Origin: Macrostomum lignano
Lineage: Eukaryota
Length of the DNA: 64,000 nucleotides
NCBI GenBank assembly: GCA_002269645.1
Contig: NIVC01003067.1
Coordinates: 9,929-73,928, forward strand
Direction of reading: 5' to 3'
The notes under the pieces were generated by a model. That model was given only the letters and a program-made list of their open reading frames with translations, was not told the origin of the DNA and made no database searches. Made by a program: the position numbers and the translations under genes. Shown one piece after another: positions 1-13,312 of this stretch. Each line of letters starts with the position of its first letter. Positions within the stretch are counted from its first letter, which is position 1.

Positions 1-237
1 AAAAAAGAAGCCACAAACAAGCAAATGAGGAAGAAACTGCAGAGGGGAACATTTGACTGGCTACACACTTTCCCTTTGCGATTCGCTTTTGTCCTCGGCT
101 ACATCCGCCGGCAAGTCCAACACTGGCCATGTCTACACCCCAGACTTCTGTGAAGACATTTGGGGATAGAGCGACAAAGGATTGAGCAACAGAGCAATCA
201 TACAGATGGTATGGCCAAAACGGATACTAAAAACTAA

Positions 238-308
238 ATGCAGACAGGCAGACAGGCAAACAGACAGACAGCAGACAGACAGACACTAAGACAGACAGAC
301 AGACAGAC

Positions 309-342
<34 letters not shown>

Positions 343-392
343 CAGACAGACACTAAGACACAGACAGACAGACAGCAGACAGACACTAAGAC

Positions 393-463
<71 letters not shown>

Positions 464-503
464 TAGACAGACAGACAGACAGACAGACAGCAGACAGACA
501 CTA

Positions 504-538
<35 letters not shown>

Positions 539-540
539 AA
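238..540. repeat. (CAGA)n microsatellite with CACTAA interruptions
   Basis: Direct reading of tandem CAGA units; recurrent variant cagacactaaga. Confidence 0.95.
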
Positions 541-1199
541 GGCACTGTCTGTTTATCTCGGTGTCCATAGACAGCCGCTAAGGGAGACACTAATACAGAC
601 ACAAAGGCAGACGGGCATGAAAATAATGAACAGAATAATAAAGTAGTATAACTTCTATTAGCTAAGCGAGCTACAGTAGATATATTCTGACCAGAATTTG
701 CACACCAAAACCCAGTAGCATCAGGGCAGAGCTACACCAGCCAGTGCCGCAGTACACAGTGGACTAAAACAGAGCAAGTATAGACTAGTTTCCCTTATAA
801 GTCTGGTGTTTTTCTCAGCCGCAGAGATGATTGAAAGGCGGATCTCGGGATGAAACTGGATAAATTTATTCGAAACTAAAAAGCCGCCCAAACCCCCTTT
901 GGCTTGCGAGACTTCTTAGAATTTCAATCAGGACCGGTGAACGACTGGAAATGAAAAGTTCGGCTTGCGCTAGTCGTTATTTACACGTAGAAACGGAAGA
1001 ACTCAATAAATACTGACTCGGGTAAAAAGTATAGTGTCAATTCTGCTGCTGTACTTGATTAACTTTGCAAAGTAGACGCGTAGACTAATTTATATATGTG
1101 GTATTATACATATATGGTAATCCTACACAGTACACAGTAATATACACATTACTATTAGAGGATGAAGAGGGCGTAGAGAAAGAGAGTGATACAACGGTA

Positions 1200-2350
1200 T
1201 GAAGAGAGAGGGTGTGAAGAAAATAGGAAGAGAGGATGTGGAGGGTACAGGGAGTGTGTGAAGAGGGTAGAAAGAGAGTGTAGAGGTAGATAGGGTGTGA
1301 AGGGATAGGGGAAGAGGGTGTGAAGGGGGTATGGAAAGAGGGTGTGAAAGGGTAGGTAAAGAGGGTGTGAAGGGGTAGGGAGAGAGGGTGTGAAGGAGTA
1401 GACGGAGAGAGTTGAGAAAGGAGTAGAGAGAGGGTGTGAAGGGAGTGTGAATGGGTTAGGGAGGGTGCGAAGGGGTAGGGAGAGAGGGTGTGAAGGGTTA
1501 GGGAGAGAGGGTGTGAAGGGGTGGGGTAGGGAGGGAGGGTGTTAAGGGTAGGGAGGAAGGGTGTTAAGGGTAGGGAGGAAGGGTGTTAAGGGTAGGGAGG
1601 AAGGGTGTTAAGGGTAGGGAGGGAGGGTGTGAAGGGGTAGGGAGGAAGGGTGTTAAGGGGTAGGGAGGAAGGGTGTTAAGGGGTAGGGAGGAAGGGTGTT
1701 AAGGGGTACGGAGGAAGGGTGTGAAGGGGTAGGGAGGAAGGATGTGAAGGGGTAGGGAGGAAGGGTGTGAAGGGGTAGGGAGGAAGGGTGTTAAGGGGTA
1801 GGGAGGAAGGGTGTGAAAGGGTAGGGAGGAAGGGTGTGAAGGGGTAGGGAGGAAGGGTGTGAAGGGGTAGGGAGGAAGGGTGTGAAGGGGTAGGGAGGAA
1901 GGGTGTTAAGGGGTAGGGAGGAAGGGTGTTAAGGGGTAGGGAGGAAGGGTGTGAAGGGGTAGGGAGGAAGGGTGTGAAGGGGTAGGGAGGAAGGGTGTGA
2001 AGGGGTAGGGAGGAAGGGTTTGAAGGGGTAGGGAGGAAGGGTGTGAAGGGGTAGGGAGGAAGGGTGTGAAGGGGTAGGGAGGAAGGGTGTGAAGGGGTAG
2101 GGAGGAAGGGTGTGAAGGGGTAGGAAAAGAGGGTGTGAAGAGGTAGGGAAAGAGGGTGTGAAGCGGTAGGGAAAGAGGGTGTGAAGGGGTAGTCAGGGAG
2201 GGTGTGAAAGGGTAGGGAAAGAGAGTGTGAAGGGGTAGTCAGGGAGGGTGTGAAGGGGTAGGCAGGGAGGGTGTGAAGGGGTAGGAAAAGAGGGTGTGAA
2301 TGGGATAGGAAAAGAGGGTGTGAATGGGATAGTGAGTGTGTGAAGGGTTA
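1200..2350 (+). repeat. G-rich 23-bp minisatellite (gggtgtgaaggggtagggaggaa)
   Basis: The unit recurs with 23-bp period (e.g. gaagggg at 1861 and 1884); the core at about 1550-2120 is homogeneous and the flanks are degenerate. Confidence 0.9.
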
Positions 2351-2879
2351 GGGTAGAGAGTAGTGCATTAAATTAAATAGACTTTCCGCGTTAATTTTCT
2401 ACATTATCGATTAGATTACTAGACTGTCTATACCCAGTATATGCACTTTCAAAAGTCCAGTTAAAAGACCAACGAAGACTAGCCTCGCCCTATCTGATAA
2501 TATTCGTAAGAGAGAAAAAGAATTAATTGGTCTGCAATGTGCCGAAGAATTCGTTTGGCGGCAACTCGCACGCACTCAGACTGCAACAATTAGTAGTATG
2601 GAAGACTATTATATAGCAGTATGACATTTGTACAAAGATGGACATGAAAAACCCTCTCTGATTAACAAATTGACCTACTTAATGCTTTTGGCGGTTAGCA
2701 ATTGTTTTTAAACTAGACAAAGACATGGCATGACTAAATTCATATAAAATTCAAGGAAAACAAGGAAAAATATGGACAAAAATGATCGGCCAGAGCGATA
2801 CAGAAAGCTGAAAGACAGATTAGAGAAAAAAATTAGTAAAATATATAAAAAGAGCTAGACGCTGGAAAAAGAGTGGGAG

Positions 2880-3737
2880 AGCAACAAGAGACATGGCTCG
2901 CAAGATACACACCAGGAGACAGAACGAGAGACACGGTGAGACACAAAAAGAGACACGCAGGAAATACAAGAGACACACAGAAAAGACACAAGTAGACACA
3001 CAGAAGACACAATAAGAAACACAAGAGACACAGAGGAGACACAAGAAGAGACACAAGAGACACAGAGGAGACACAAGAAGAGACACAAGAGACACAAGAA
3101 GAGACACAAGAGACACGCAGGAGACAGAAGAGACACACGGGAGACAGAAGACACATGGGAGACAGAAGAGACACACGGGAGACAGAAGATACATGGGAGA
3201 CAGAAGAGACACACGGGAGACAGAAGACACATGGGAGACAGAAGAGACACACGGGAGACAGAAGACACATGGGAGACAGAAGAGACACACGGGAGACAGA
3301 AGAGACACACGGGAGACAGAAGACACATGGGAGACAGAAGAGACACACGGGAGACAGAAGAGACACACGGGAGACAGAAGACACATGGGAGACAGAAGAG
3401 ACACACGGGAGACAGAAGAGACACACGGGAGACAGAAAAGACACACGGGAGACAGAAGACACATGGGAGACAGAAGAGACACACGGGAGACAGAAGACAC
3501 ATGGGAGACAGAAGAGACACACGGGAGACAGAAGAGACACACGGGAGACAGAAGAGACACACGGGAGACAGAAGAGACACACGGGAGACAGAAGACACAT
3601 GGGAGACAGAAGAGACACACGGGAGACAGAAGAGACACACGGGAGACAGAAGAGACACACGGGAGACAGAAGAGACACACGGGAGACAGAAGAGACACAC
3701 GGGAGACAGAAGAGACACACGGGAGACAGAAGAGACA
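2880..3737 (+). repeat. 18/20-bp minisatellite (gggagacagaagagacacac / gggagacagaagacacat)
   Basis: Tandem units visible directly; they explain the six overlapping repetitive ORFs. The array abuts a minus-strand donor site. Confidence 0.92.
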
Positions 3738-3742
3738 CTCAC

Positions 3743-4125
3743 ACAGCCTGGTCTTCACCAGCCGAGTCATGGCCGTGCCACATCGATGCCATCGACGCCC
3801 CAGACTCCGCGTATCGCCAGCGACGCCTTTCTCGTTGTCGTTATCATCGTCAACGCAGCAGCAGCAGCAGCATCGCCAACAACTGGCAATCACACAGGCT
3901 GCTTCTAGTAGACAGCAAGACAGCAATAACAATATTCTGAAGCCAACTGTAGCAGCAGACACAATTGCGGCAATTTTGCATCGGGAAACAATTAGCGACT
4001 CTCCTAGACTCGATGGGGTTGTTGCATTGCTCCCGGCAGCAGCCAGATAGGAGTGGGAGTGGTACAAGCTGACATGCCGTTGCGGCGACGCTAACAGCGA
4101 TAGAAGCGACGAAAGTCCAGCTAGC
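3743..4125 (-). CDS. Internal coding exon of a probable multi-pass membrane protein (weakly MS4A/CD20-like)
   Basis: Minus-strand acceptor ttttctttgatCTAACcgcAG (AG at plus 4126-4127) and donor GTGAGT (plus 3737-3742) bound a 383-bp open frame: LAGLSSLLSLLASP...IAAIVSAATVGFRILLLLSCCLLEAACVIASCWRCCCCCC. It has hydrophobic segments followed by a Cys cluster. Neighbouring exons were not identified. Confidence 0.45.
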
Positions 4126-5065
4126 CTGCGGTTAGATCAAAGAAAAAGCACCAGTATGAGTAACCATAGACTCGAATTGCGAAACCTAATTTAATTTTCT
4201 AACTAATAAGAATAAGAAATAACATTGTCGATTGAACAGAAGTGTCAAATTAAAACAGTCAATTTACATAGTGAACTTCGTTCATATAAACAAAGTTAAA
4301 GTATCGCCTTTGGCAACACCGTGCCACCGCCAGCGCTGACAGCAGTTCTGCTTGAGCGTTACCAAACGATAAAACCATAGACACAACATTATTGCCCATT
4401 AATCAAGCCTACCCCTCGACATTTGGCAATCTGGCTTGATCTATGCGACAATTAGTGCCACTTAGTGTCAGTCAGTCAGGTCAGCGAAACCCCAAACTGT
4501 AACGATTAATATTCACAGAGGGAAGCCTGAAAAACACACACAAAAACACAGATTTGCCAGTGCCTAAATTGTGTTGACGCTAATACTTCAAACCTATTAT
4601 TCTATTAGCACTACAATAACCACCATATGCCAAACAGATGCTGACGGACAGGACATTAATAGCTATGCACTTTACGGGGAGGGCAGTCAGCCATATGCAC
4701 TCTTATTCTATGCGACAAATCTCATACCCTGACAGTTGACCAGCAAGCCAGGTGGCATGTTAAAAAAAACGCTCATTCCATTCATCAAGGTAAACAATGC
4801 CACTAACAAGATGGATGGATGGATGGGTTTATCCGACTGACTGCAGCAATTAGGAAGGTCGCTAACACACTGGCACAGAGAAAAATCAGGCCCAAAATGG
4901 GATGCTCGGTTGAAGGAAAATCGAAGTCTCTATCAGGAAATTTTGCCTAAAAGCAAAAAAGCTAAGATATAAAAACAGCTCTTTAACTGTCCGTCAGTAT
5001 AGCCTAAACTGTCTACAGGTGTTTAGCACCCGGAAACATGACTTAGCATCATAGTCAGCACTCCA

Positions 5066-5240
5066 ATCATTCATCTTAGTACTTTAAACACTTACCTTGG
5101 CACTCTTAATCATTCAATTTGGCACTCCAATCATTCAACTTGGCACTCCAATCATTCAACTTAGCACTTCAATCATTCAAATTGACACTCCAATCATTCA
5201 ACTTGGCACTCCAATCATTCCACTTAGCACTCTTCAATCA
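5066..5240 (+). repeat. 21-bp minisatellite (tggcactccaatcattcaact)
   Basis: About 7 degenerate tandem copies. Confidence 0.85.
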
Positions 5241-6184
5241 TTTACCTAAGCACTCTAACAAGCAACTTAGCACTCCTATAAGCCTAATTAGCAGTCAATA
5301 AGTCAAGTCAGCAAAATCTCGATATTCTAAAAAGCATGATTGTCAAAGAAAATGTAAAGACAGTTTAAAAAACCTATCTAGGGCTGAGTTTCTCCGATAA
5401 AAATTATAATTAGTGCATAAAAAATTCTTCAAGACTTTCTTATCGAGTGCACTCAACACAGTGAGTGGCAGCAGCAGAGGCCTGCACCCTCATCGAGCTC
5501 ATCACGATGCGTGCGTGATTCAGGGCCACAGGGAAAAGGCAGGAGAATCTGTCCTCCACAATTTCGCCTCGCTCCCTCCCAGCTCTTTCCCCTAGCTTGA
5601 AGATTAGGCTCGGCAAAGCTCGGCTTAGCGCAGAATGCACACACACTCGAGAGTACTTGCTAGCGCCTAGTAGGCAGGCGGGCAGGCAGGCATAGCGGGT
5701 TAAGCTAAGAACAAACTAGCCATAATAACTACTACATCCAGCTTATGCCACTGTATGTAGAGATCAATAAAAATAACTAATCGAGAATATTTATTACTAG
5801 CAGAATAAGATAGGATTGCCCTCTATCCAGCCTCTAGCTAGCATAGGGTTTCAGCGCAATAACCGCCATATAAGGAGATCTAGCTAGCCTACTACGAATA
5901 AATCCAAGCTTTCACTTTGACATCGAATTCAAAGTCTACAGAGATTCGTTGGCAAATTCTGCGTATTCTACCAAGATAAGCTAGATTGAAATTGGATTAA
6001 CTATACTTTAAATTTGTGCTGAATCTTAATTATTCTATTGATTTCTGCTGCATTTGTATAATTAATTGAGTTTTAATAGTAATTAAGCACTGCTGCACTC
6101 ATAGTGATGGCGTGGTATTGATGAATGCATAAACAGACAGACAGACTATTGTCTGTGTGGCTTTTGAAGAGAAAGGATAGAGAA

Positions 6185-6805
6185 TGCAGAGGGGGAGGAC
6201 TGATAGGGAGAAAGAGGAGAGCAGCAGGAGAGGTAGAGAGAGACGAGAGAGAATACAAAAGAAAGAGGGGAGGAGAGGGGGAGAGGTGAGAGGAGAGGGG
6301 AGAAAGGAGAGAGGGAGTGAGGAGAGGGGGAGAGAGGAGGGGGAGAGGAGGGGTGAGAGAGGAGCGGAGGGAGGAGAGGGGGACAGAGGAGGGGAGACAG
6401 GAGGGGGGAGAGGAGGCGGGAAGGGGAGAGAGGAGGGAGAGAGGAGAGGAGTAGAGAGGAGAGGGGAGAGAAGAGGGGAAGAGGAGAGGAGGAGAGAGTT
6501 GAGGGGGAGAGGAGGGGAGAGAGGAGAGAGGAGAGGGAGAGAGGGGAGAGAGGTGAGGGGGGAGAAGAGGAGAGAGGAGAGGGGAGAGAGGAGGGGGAGA
6601 GAAGAGGAGAGAGGAGAAGGGGAGAGGAGGAGAGAGGAGAGGGAGAGAGGGGGAGAGAGGTGAGGGGGGAGAAGAGGAGAGAGGAGAGGGGAGAGAGGAG
6701 GGGGAGAGAAGAGGAGAGAGGAGAGGGGACAGAGGAGGGGGAGACGAGAGGGGAGAGAAGGGGAGAGGAGAAGGGGAGAGGAGAGGGGGAGAGGAGAGGG
6801 GAAAA
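6185..6805 (+). repeat. Purine-rich (GA/GGA) low-complexity tract
   Basis: Almost exclusively G and A for about 620 bp. Confidence 0.9.
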
Positions 6806-7436
6806 TTAAATATACGTTTAAACGTTGAATTTAAATAATATAAGAATCTTTGCTCCTAATGTTTCACATGGTGGTCGCCACCGGGACAGAGAGAGAGGTG
6901 TAGACAGAATGTGAGAGTGTGTGAGAATTGAAAGCACTGCTCGAGGCGAAGTCAGTGCTAGGCTAGCTAGCAATTCCTTGCGAGTATAAAACTGGGGGGG
7001 GAGAGGAAAGAAAGTAAAACACAAGGCCAGGACTAAGACTAGTGTAATAAGGTGGGTCTAATGCAGGAATTGAGTTCCATATGGATTATTTTTGAAGCAA
7101 CGAATTTACTATCTACTGAAAGCTATACTCAAGTCGTTTATTTCTATGGGGGACGAGTGTAAGGGTATAATAATGCCGCGTGTAAAGTACTAAAGTATGT
7201 CGATCTAGAGTTATTGCAATAAATCTGCAATGGCATCTTGACTCTGAAGAATATGACTTTACTTTTAGACTATACAAAATCACGATTGTGGCATCCTGAT
7301 TTTGGACCCGCGATGCCAAAATGTCATCAGGAATTTTCTGCTGTTCCCCCTCCAACCCTCGTTAGCTGGTGGAAATAAATGTCTTGTTTCCTGAAAAGTG
7401 TAGACTGCGGAGCTAAATTGGTGCTAATGTTTTTTT

Positions 7437-8045
7437 GCCACATGCCGCCCGCAAAGCCTCTCCATCCGGCCATCGGGACCTTTGAAACTTCACAATAGCA
7501 ATCCGGCCCGCTCAGGGTTTGCGTCTCTTCTCTCCTCTTTTCTCTACTTTCGTCTCATCTCATCTCTCCTTATCTCCTCCTCTCCTCTCTCATCCCTTCT
7601 CTCTCATTTCTCTCCTCTCTCATTTCTTCTCTCCTCTCTCATTTCTTCTCTCCTCTCTCATTTCTTCTCTCCTCTCTCATTTCTTCTCTCCTCTCTCATT
7701 TCTTCTCTCCTCTCTCATTTCTTCTCTCCTCTCTCATTTCTTCTCTCCTCTCTCATTTCTTCTCTCCTCTCTCATTTCTTCTCTCCTCTCTCATTTCTTC
7801 TCTCCTCTCTCATTTCTTCTCTCCTCTCTCATTTCTTCTCTCCTCTCTCATTTCTTCTCTCCTCTCTCATTTCTTCTCTCCTCACGCTCTCATTTCTTCT
7901 CTCTCCCCTCTTTTCTCTCCTCTCTCATCTCTTCTCTACTCTCTCCTCTCATCTCCTCTCTGCTCCGTTCCCTCTCTCTCTTCCTCGCTCATCTGGCCCG
8001 CCGCCATGAGCTGGATTATCCATCTGGCCCTGAGGCGCTAAGATA
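7437..8045 (-). mobile_element. Non-autonomous hAT-Charlie-like element carrying an internal purine tract (copy A)
   Basis: The reverse complement of 7460-7520 (gccggattgctattgtgaagtttcaaaggtcccga) matches 62230-62265, and the reverse complement of 7990-8040 (ctcagggccagatggataatccagctcatggc) matches 63477-63520 and 19930-19950. The interior is a 19-bp tctctcatttcttctctcc array. Confidence 0.65.
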
Positions 8046-9667
8046 TTACGAGCTCAAGGCATAGAAATGACAATACACTTCTTCGTCATCAATGATATCG
8101 ACAAAAAATCAAAGCCCAGAATACTGATACTCACTGCAACAGATGACAAGCCAGCAAGGCAATGGATGGCAAGGTCAAATCGTCCGAGCTGAAGCAGCAC
8201 AACCGATTGAATAGTACTAGACCTGGCATAGTACTAAACCTTGTCAAGTGGCGGGCGCGTTAGCTGGTGGCATTTCCGCCGTACAGGAAAGTCAGCCTCG
8301 CATTGGACCCCAGGCTGTAAAAATGATAATAAAATAATACTAAATGTTGGCCAGATTACCGAGTAAAATATTATTAATGAATTGATGAACAGGGAAATAA
8401 AGAATATTTTTAATTCCCTATTTTTTATTACAGACAAGCTGGCAAAGAGGCGAAACAACACAGAAAGATCTATGCGGTGGTACACGGTATATATAAGCAG
8501 ATATATCTTTGGCTATATTTGCCTAGCGACAAGGTGACGGACGCTCCTGCGCACAAGTAGTCCGCCCTGGAATAACCCCTCCCCTCCACCGCAAGTAGGG
8601 TGGGGTGGGATAGGGAGGAAGCCAAGCAAAGCGGATTGGCCTACGACAGGAAGGGAGACAGAGGAGGGCTGCTGTAGCTAGCCAGCCTGTATTGGGGATT
8701 TGCACTGCACTGCAATAGACGCGTATAGCGAGAGGCCAAGGGAGCCAAGAAGAGTCAGTTGCGTATGTCGTATTAAAAACCAACAATAAAGCAGCCAGCC
8801 AATGACGACGCAAGAGAGACGGAGAGAGAGAGAGCTTACAGAATTTCTCTACTGTAATCCTTTGCCCTGCGTCTCATACATTGTCCCTATTCCCTTACTA
8901 CAGAGGTGGGGGGGGGGGGCTAGGGGCTACGCTGCAACGCTGCAATACAAGTCGCCTACACAACAGCGTCAATTAGCAATCGCCATGCACTGGTTATAAC
9001 CTCTTTTGCCGGCGGGCTGGGCCAGGTCACAAAGGCCGAAAATCAAAAGAGGCGGCAAAACTAAAAGGATGAGACGAGTGGACAATAAATTACCCCCACC
9101 CTCCCTCTTTCTGCTGCTACCCGTGCCTTCTAATCACCAGAAGGTCTAAGTAGAGAGAAGCGACCTCGAGGTCACATACGCTAATACTTCCCGTCACCCT
9201 CCCAAATCCTCAGACTGTGCAAGCGCCAACGCATTGGTCAATAAACGAGTCCCTGAAGCATTTTAACTGAACTGAACCCACTTGTGAACATTCATTTACG
9301 TTTAAAAACATTAATTTATTTCACATGTACTTTGCCAGTTTTTTAAAGTTTTGATCGAACTGTCACGACTTCTCCATGGTGCAATAAGATTACCGGTAGT
9401 GAACTTGTATTGTAGCTTGTAAAATCCAAAGCATTTTATTAGGGAATCTACAGTCTGTTCCGGTAGTAAATCAGATTAGGCGAAGGAATCAAGCTATAGC
9501 TCGTAAATACAACCCGACCCGATTGTGCCAAGAAAAACAGCAATATGATTGTCTTTTTATAATCTGGGCACGCGGACTGCTTTTGTCAACTTAAAGATTT
9601 AGAAGTAGCACTATTGAAGCGCAAGAGAATAAAATACGAGCTATTTCGCAAGTGCTGACCAACCAAT

Positions 9668-10049
9668 TCTTCAGGGAGAACGGCTACTGCTAACCCACCA
9701 ATCCTTCAGGTAGAATGGCTACTGCTAACCCACCAATCCTTCAGGGAGAACGGCTACTGCTAACCCACCAATCCTTCAGGTAGAACGGCTACTGCTAACC
9801 CACCAATCCTTCAGGTAGAACGGCTACTGCTAACCCACCAATCCTTCAGGTAGAACGGCTACTGCTAACCCACCAATCCTTCAGGTAGAATGGCTACTGC
9901 TAACCCACCAATCCTTCAGGGAGAACGGCTACTGCTAACCCACCAATCCTTCAGGTAGAATGGCTACTGCTAACCCACCAATCCTTCAGGTAGAACGGCT
10001 ACTGCTAACCCACCAATCCTTCAGGTATAACGGCTACTGCTAACCCACA
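9668..10049 (+). repeat. 35-bp minisatellite (ttcaggtagaacggctactgctaacccaccaatcc), about 11 copies
   Basis: 35-bp period (tagaa at 9781 and 9816); copies are contiguous with no spacers. Confidence 0.95.
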
Positions 10050-11125
10050 GATTTCTCAGAGAGAATTTCAACAATGTAAACCTATCTCCAACTGAAATAT
10101 GAAACATAAGTACATCAAATTTCCATGCCATTTTCAGCTGAAGCACCAGCCAACCAGAGGTCAAGTGACGCTGCAGGCAGACACCCAGTCTGATGGAAAT
10201 GCATACATAATGCTACACGAGAAAGTGCATGAAATATGGAGAAGATTCCGAAAATTGGGCCTAGATATCCCCCAGACAGTAGTGATCAAATCAATACAAG
10301 AAGCAAGCTTAAAATCTCACCACCTCTTGAGCTATCTTGAATAATGTATTGCTCTCTTGGGCAATCCCTATAGGCTACTGTATGCCTAACATATTCCATT
10401 GCTTAGAAGGCTTAGCAGACGTGCAAATATAATATTCAATTCAATGATCTTCAGTATACAGAAAAGAGATGAATCGTGCGTAATACATCATATATAGGAT
10501 TAAGATTAAATGCAAAGTAGCTTAAAACTTCATTCTTAATTTGAACTGGGTAGATATATGGACTAATGCATGCTTCATTTGCTACTGCCAAACCCAAGCT
10601 GGATTAACAGAATATCATGGGATTATTCAAGTAAAAAAATCGGCATCTATCAAGCAGGCTATTAATATTATATAAGCACCAAACGAATGCTGAGTATGAC
10701 AGTCAGGAGATAGGTAATGAGATGGAAATTCTTGGGTCGATATGTATCGAAGTAGGAGTAATGCACTACCATTGGGATACCCGAGAATCAGCCAGGACTG
10801 CACCGCGTAGTGCACGAGAACTTAACTACTGTTAGTAGAATGACAGAGTTTTCTGCAAATAGGTTAAGATAAAAATTAAAATTTCAGCAAGAAATAAAGT
10901 TTAGCAAAATATATAAAAGTATACTTTATACTTTAAGTATACTTTTTACTTAAGTATACTTTTGTATGTAAGTATACTTGTAATTTCAATTTGAATGCAA
11001 ATCATTTGAGCTCTACCACTTGCCAGCCTATATCTTGGTGCATAATTGAGTTTGGTATAATAGCTGACTAGCAGCAGCACAATGCTTTATTAACTCTATA
11101 AGCACACCAAATGCTGCATACAGAT

Positions 11126-11164
11126 TGTCAACTTTTCCTATATCCTATATAGGAAAAGTTGACA
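11126..11164. other. Perfect 18-bp inverted repeat with a 3-nt loop
   Basis: tgtcaacttttcctatat-cct-atataggaaaagttgaca. Confidence 0.9.
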
Positions 11165-13312
11165 TTGTTTGCTAGAGTATAAATCCATAAAGAAGTGCTA
11201 TTTTATGTATGAAATCATATCTGTAGTATTTATTTCAAGTTCAGTAAATAAATTGATATATATTTAGAAAAAAATCAATAGACATATTAATACTATTTTT
11301 TGCAAAGTAGTTTAATTTCGTCTTAGAACTCTTCTAAAAGATTTGCATTATCGAAATAGTACAAAAATATATAGCATATATGAAAGATTGGCACCCTTTG
11401 ACTTAAGAAGTAAATATACAAAATTAAATAAAAAATTACTAGTATACCTACTAAAAACTACAAAGGCTTAAGTGCCAATACTAAATAATAATTACAACTA
11501 GACCAAGCTAAAATCTACTTGCTACCAAAATGACTAGCTTGCTATCAAAGCAACTGCCATTGTCAGCAAACTAATTATAATATATGCACACTAGGTCTTA
11601 TTATAATACTTTTCCAAAAACCTATATATGTATACTAGCCTAGTAACTAGGAGCTTTCAGAAAAAACTAGATATATTAAATACTTACAAATTTTAGATGA
11701 ACCAAGCCACATCAATACATTTTTTCAACAGACAGTAGAATCCAAATGAGCCTAGATTTTTTATTTGAGCTTAAATCAAGTAACTTAATAATAGGCTATC
11801 ATTAGACTATATAATTATTATAATATATTAAACATATTTTACTATAAAATTTATAAGGGCCTAAACAATGCAATAAGTAGAGGTATTTAATAATATAAAG
11901 GCTATAAATACTACATTTAAAATAATAATAATAACACTTGTATTAATTAGATGACAAGGCATTTAACCAAAATAATACAGTCACTGTATGCTTGCTATTT
12001 ACCCAAAATTACATTAATTTTGTTAACATTTCTGTCATAGGTATTATTAAGAAAATAACTTATAAACTAATAATATAAATGCCTTTGATAACTAGAATGA
12101 CCACTTATTGAATTTTTTGTGCTAAGAAAAATGTGTCAAAAAATTAACTTGTAATCATCAAAATGTCTATTTGCTATCAAAACATGTCACAATAATGACT
12201 TGTCATTAAAACCCCAATTGCAGTCTCTGGCTATTTTTACCTTGGTTGCCCAGCATTTCTTCGGGCACAATCCAATTGGCCTATTTCTTAATAGCCCAAT
12301 CACTAAGTGTCCTTGCCAGTGGCAATGAACATATCTAAAAATAACCCTACTTTCTTTCCAATTATTTTGGCCCTTGGCCCTGGTTCAGGGGGTGTACCTA
12401 GAGTGAATTAGAATTCTAGACTGCAGTATGGCTAGATTAGGACTTGAGCCTTTTGGTTGCACCTGCCCTGCAGAAAAGATGACCATTCACAAAAGTGTAC
12501 AATAGAGCCCAGTTGATGCTAGCCCTAAGGCTGAGCCTCTGAGGTTGTGTGATCCTCCACCATGTTATCTCCCCATGCTTTTATCCCTTGGTTTTATCTT
12601 GGCACTTGAGCCACCCAATTATTTGAAGTTTATTGATCTTGCCTCAGTGTTCTCATTTGCTCCCTTGGTCCATCTGCTGGCTCCTCTGGTTGTCTCCCTG
12701 CTTTTGTGTCTTGGCTCTCATCACTGACAGTAGATTAGAGTCCTGGGATAGATGTTTGTTCTGAATCAGGGAATACTAGCTGAGTCTAGGTTCCTCTTGA
12801 TCCTTGTGCCCCTTTCCTAACTCTTTGGCGTGGCCTTATTAGAGCTGGATAGCAAAAAAGCCTTGAGGCTTGCAGCCCTATAGGAGGATTGCATCCTGGC
12901 TTACCTGATAAGAGACTCGCCCATTGCAATAAGCTTCAAGACTTGCTCCAATTTAAAGCCTTTTCTGTAGAATTTGTGGTTTCCCACTCTCAGATTGCTT
13001 TCTAAAGACTCTAAGTTTTTTAGCACACACACTTGGGTTTGGTTGTTGGTGGTAGCTTGGGTGGACTCTGTCCTAGCACTGTCCGTGATTCCATTGTGGG
13101 TTGGTGGTGTCTTAGTCTATAGGCTTGGGTTAGTAGCATTCAATAGTTCTATTAGGCCTGGAGTCCTAGTCCCAATTATGGGGAACTCAGGCTTTGACTC
13201 CTAGTAGAATGGCCCCCCTATAGATCCAGCAGCAGAGCCCTGTTGCAAGGACTGATCCATGGGCAAAAATGCTTCCTATCCTTATTTAACAACAACAAAA
13301 CCCCAATCGTAG

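Noticed and set aside
2820-4067. 415-aa and overlapping long ORFs
   Set aside because: Mostly translation of the 18/20-bp minisatellite; only 3743-4125 has splice signals and protein-like content.
5413-5646. GC-richer patch with short ORFs on both strands
   Set aside because: No consistent splice sites or recognisable motif.
9668-10049. 35-bp repeat array resembling CRISPR in unit size
   Set aside because: Copies are contiguous with no unique spacers, there are no cas genes, and the context is eukaryotic.
12200-13200. Possible decayed gag with zinc-knuckle traces on the minus strand (…GH…, KIARDC)
   Set aside because: Needs several frameshifts and stops to assemble, with no LTR or pol nearby; not supportable without alignment.
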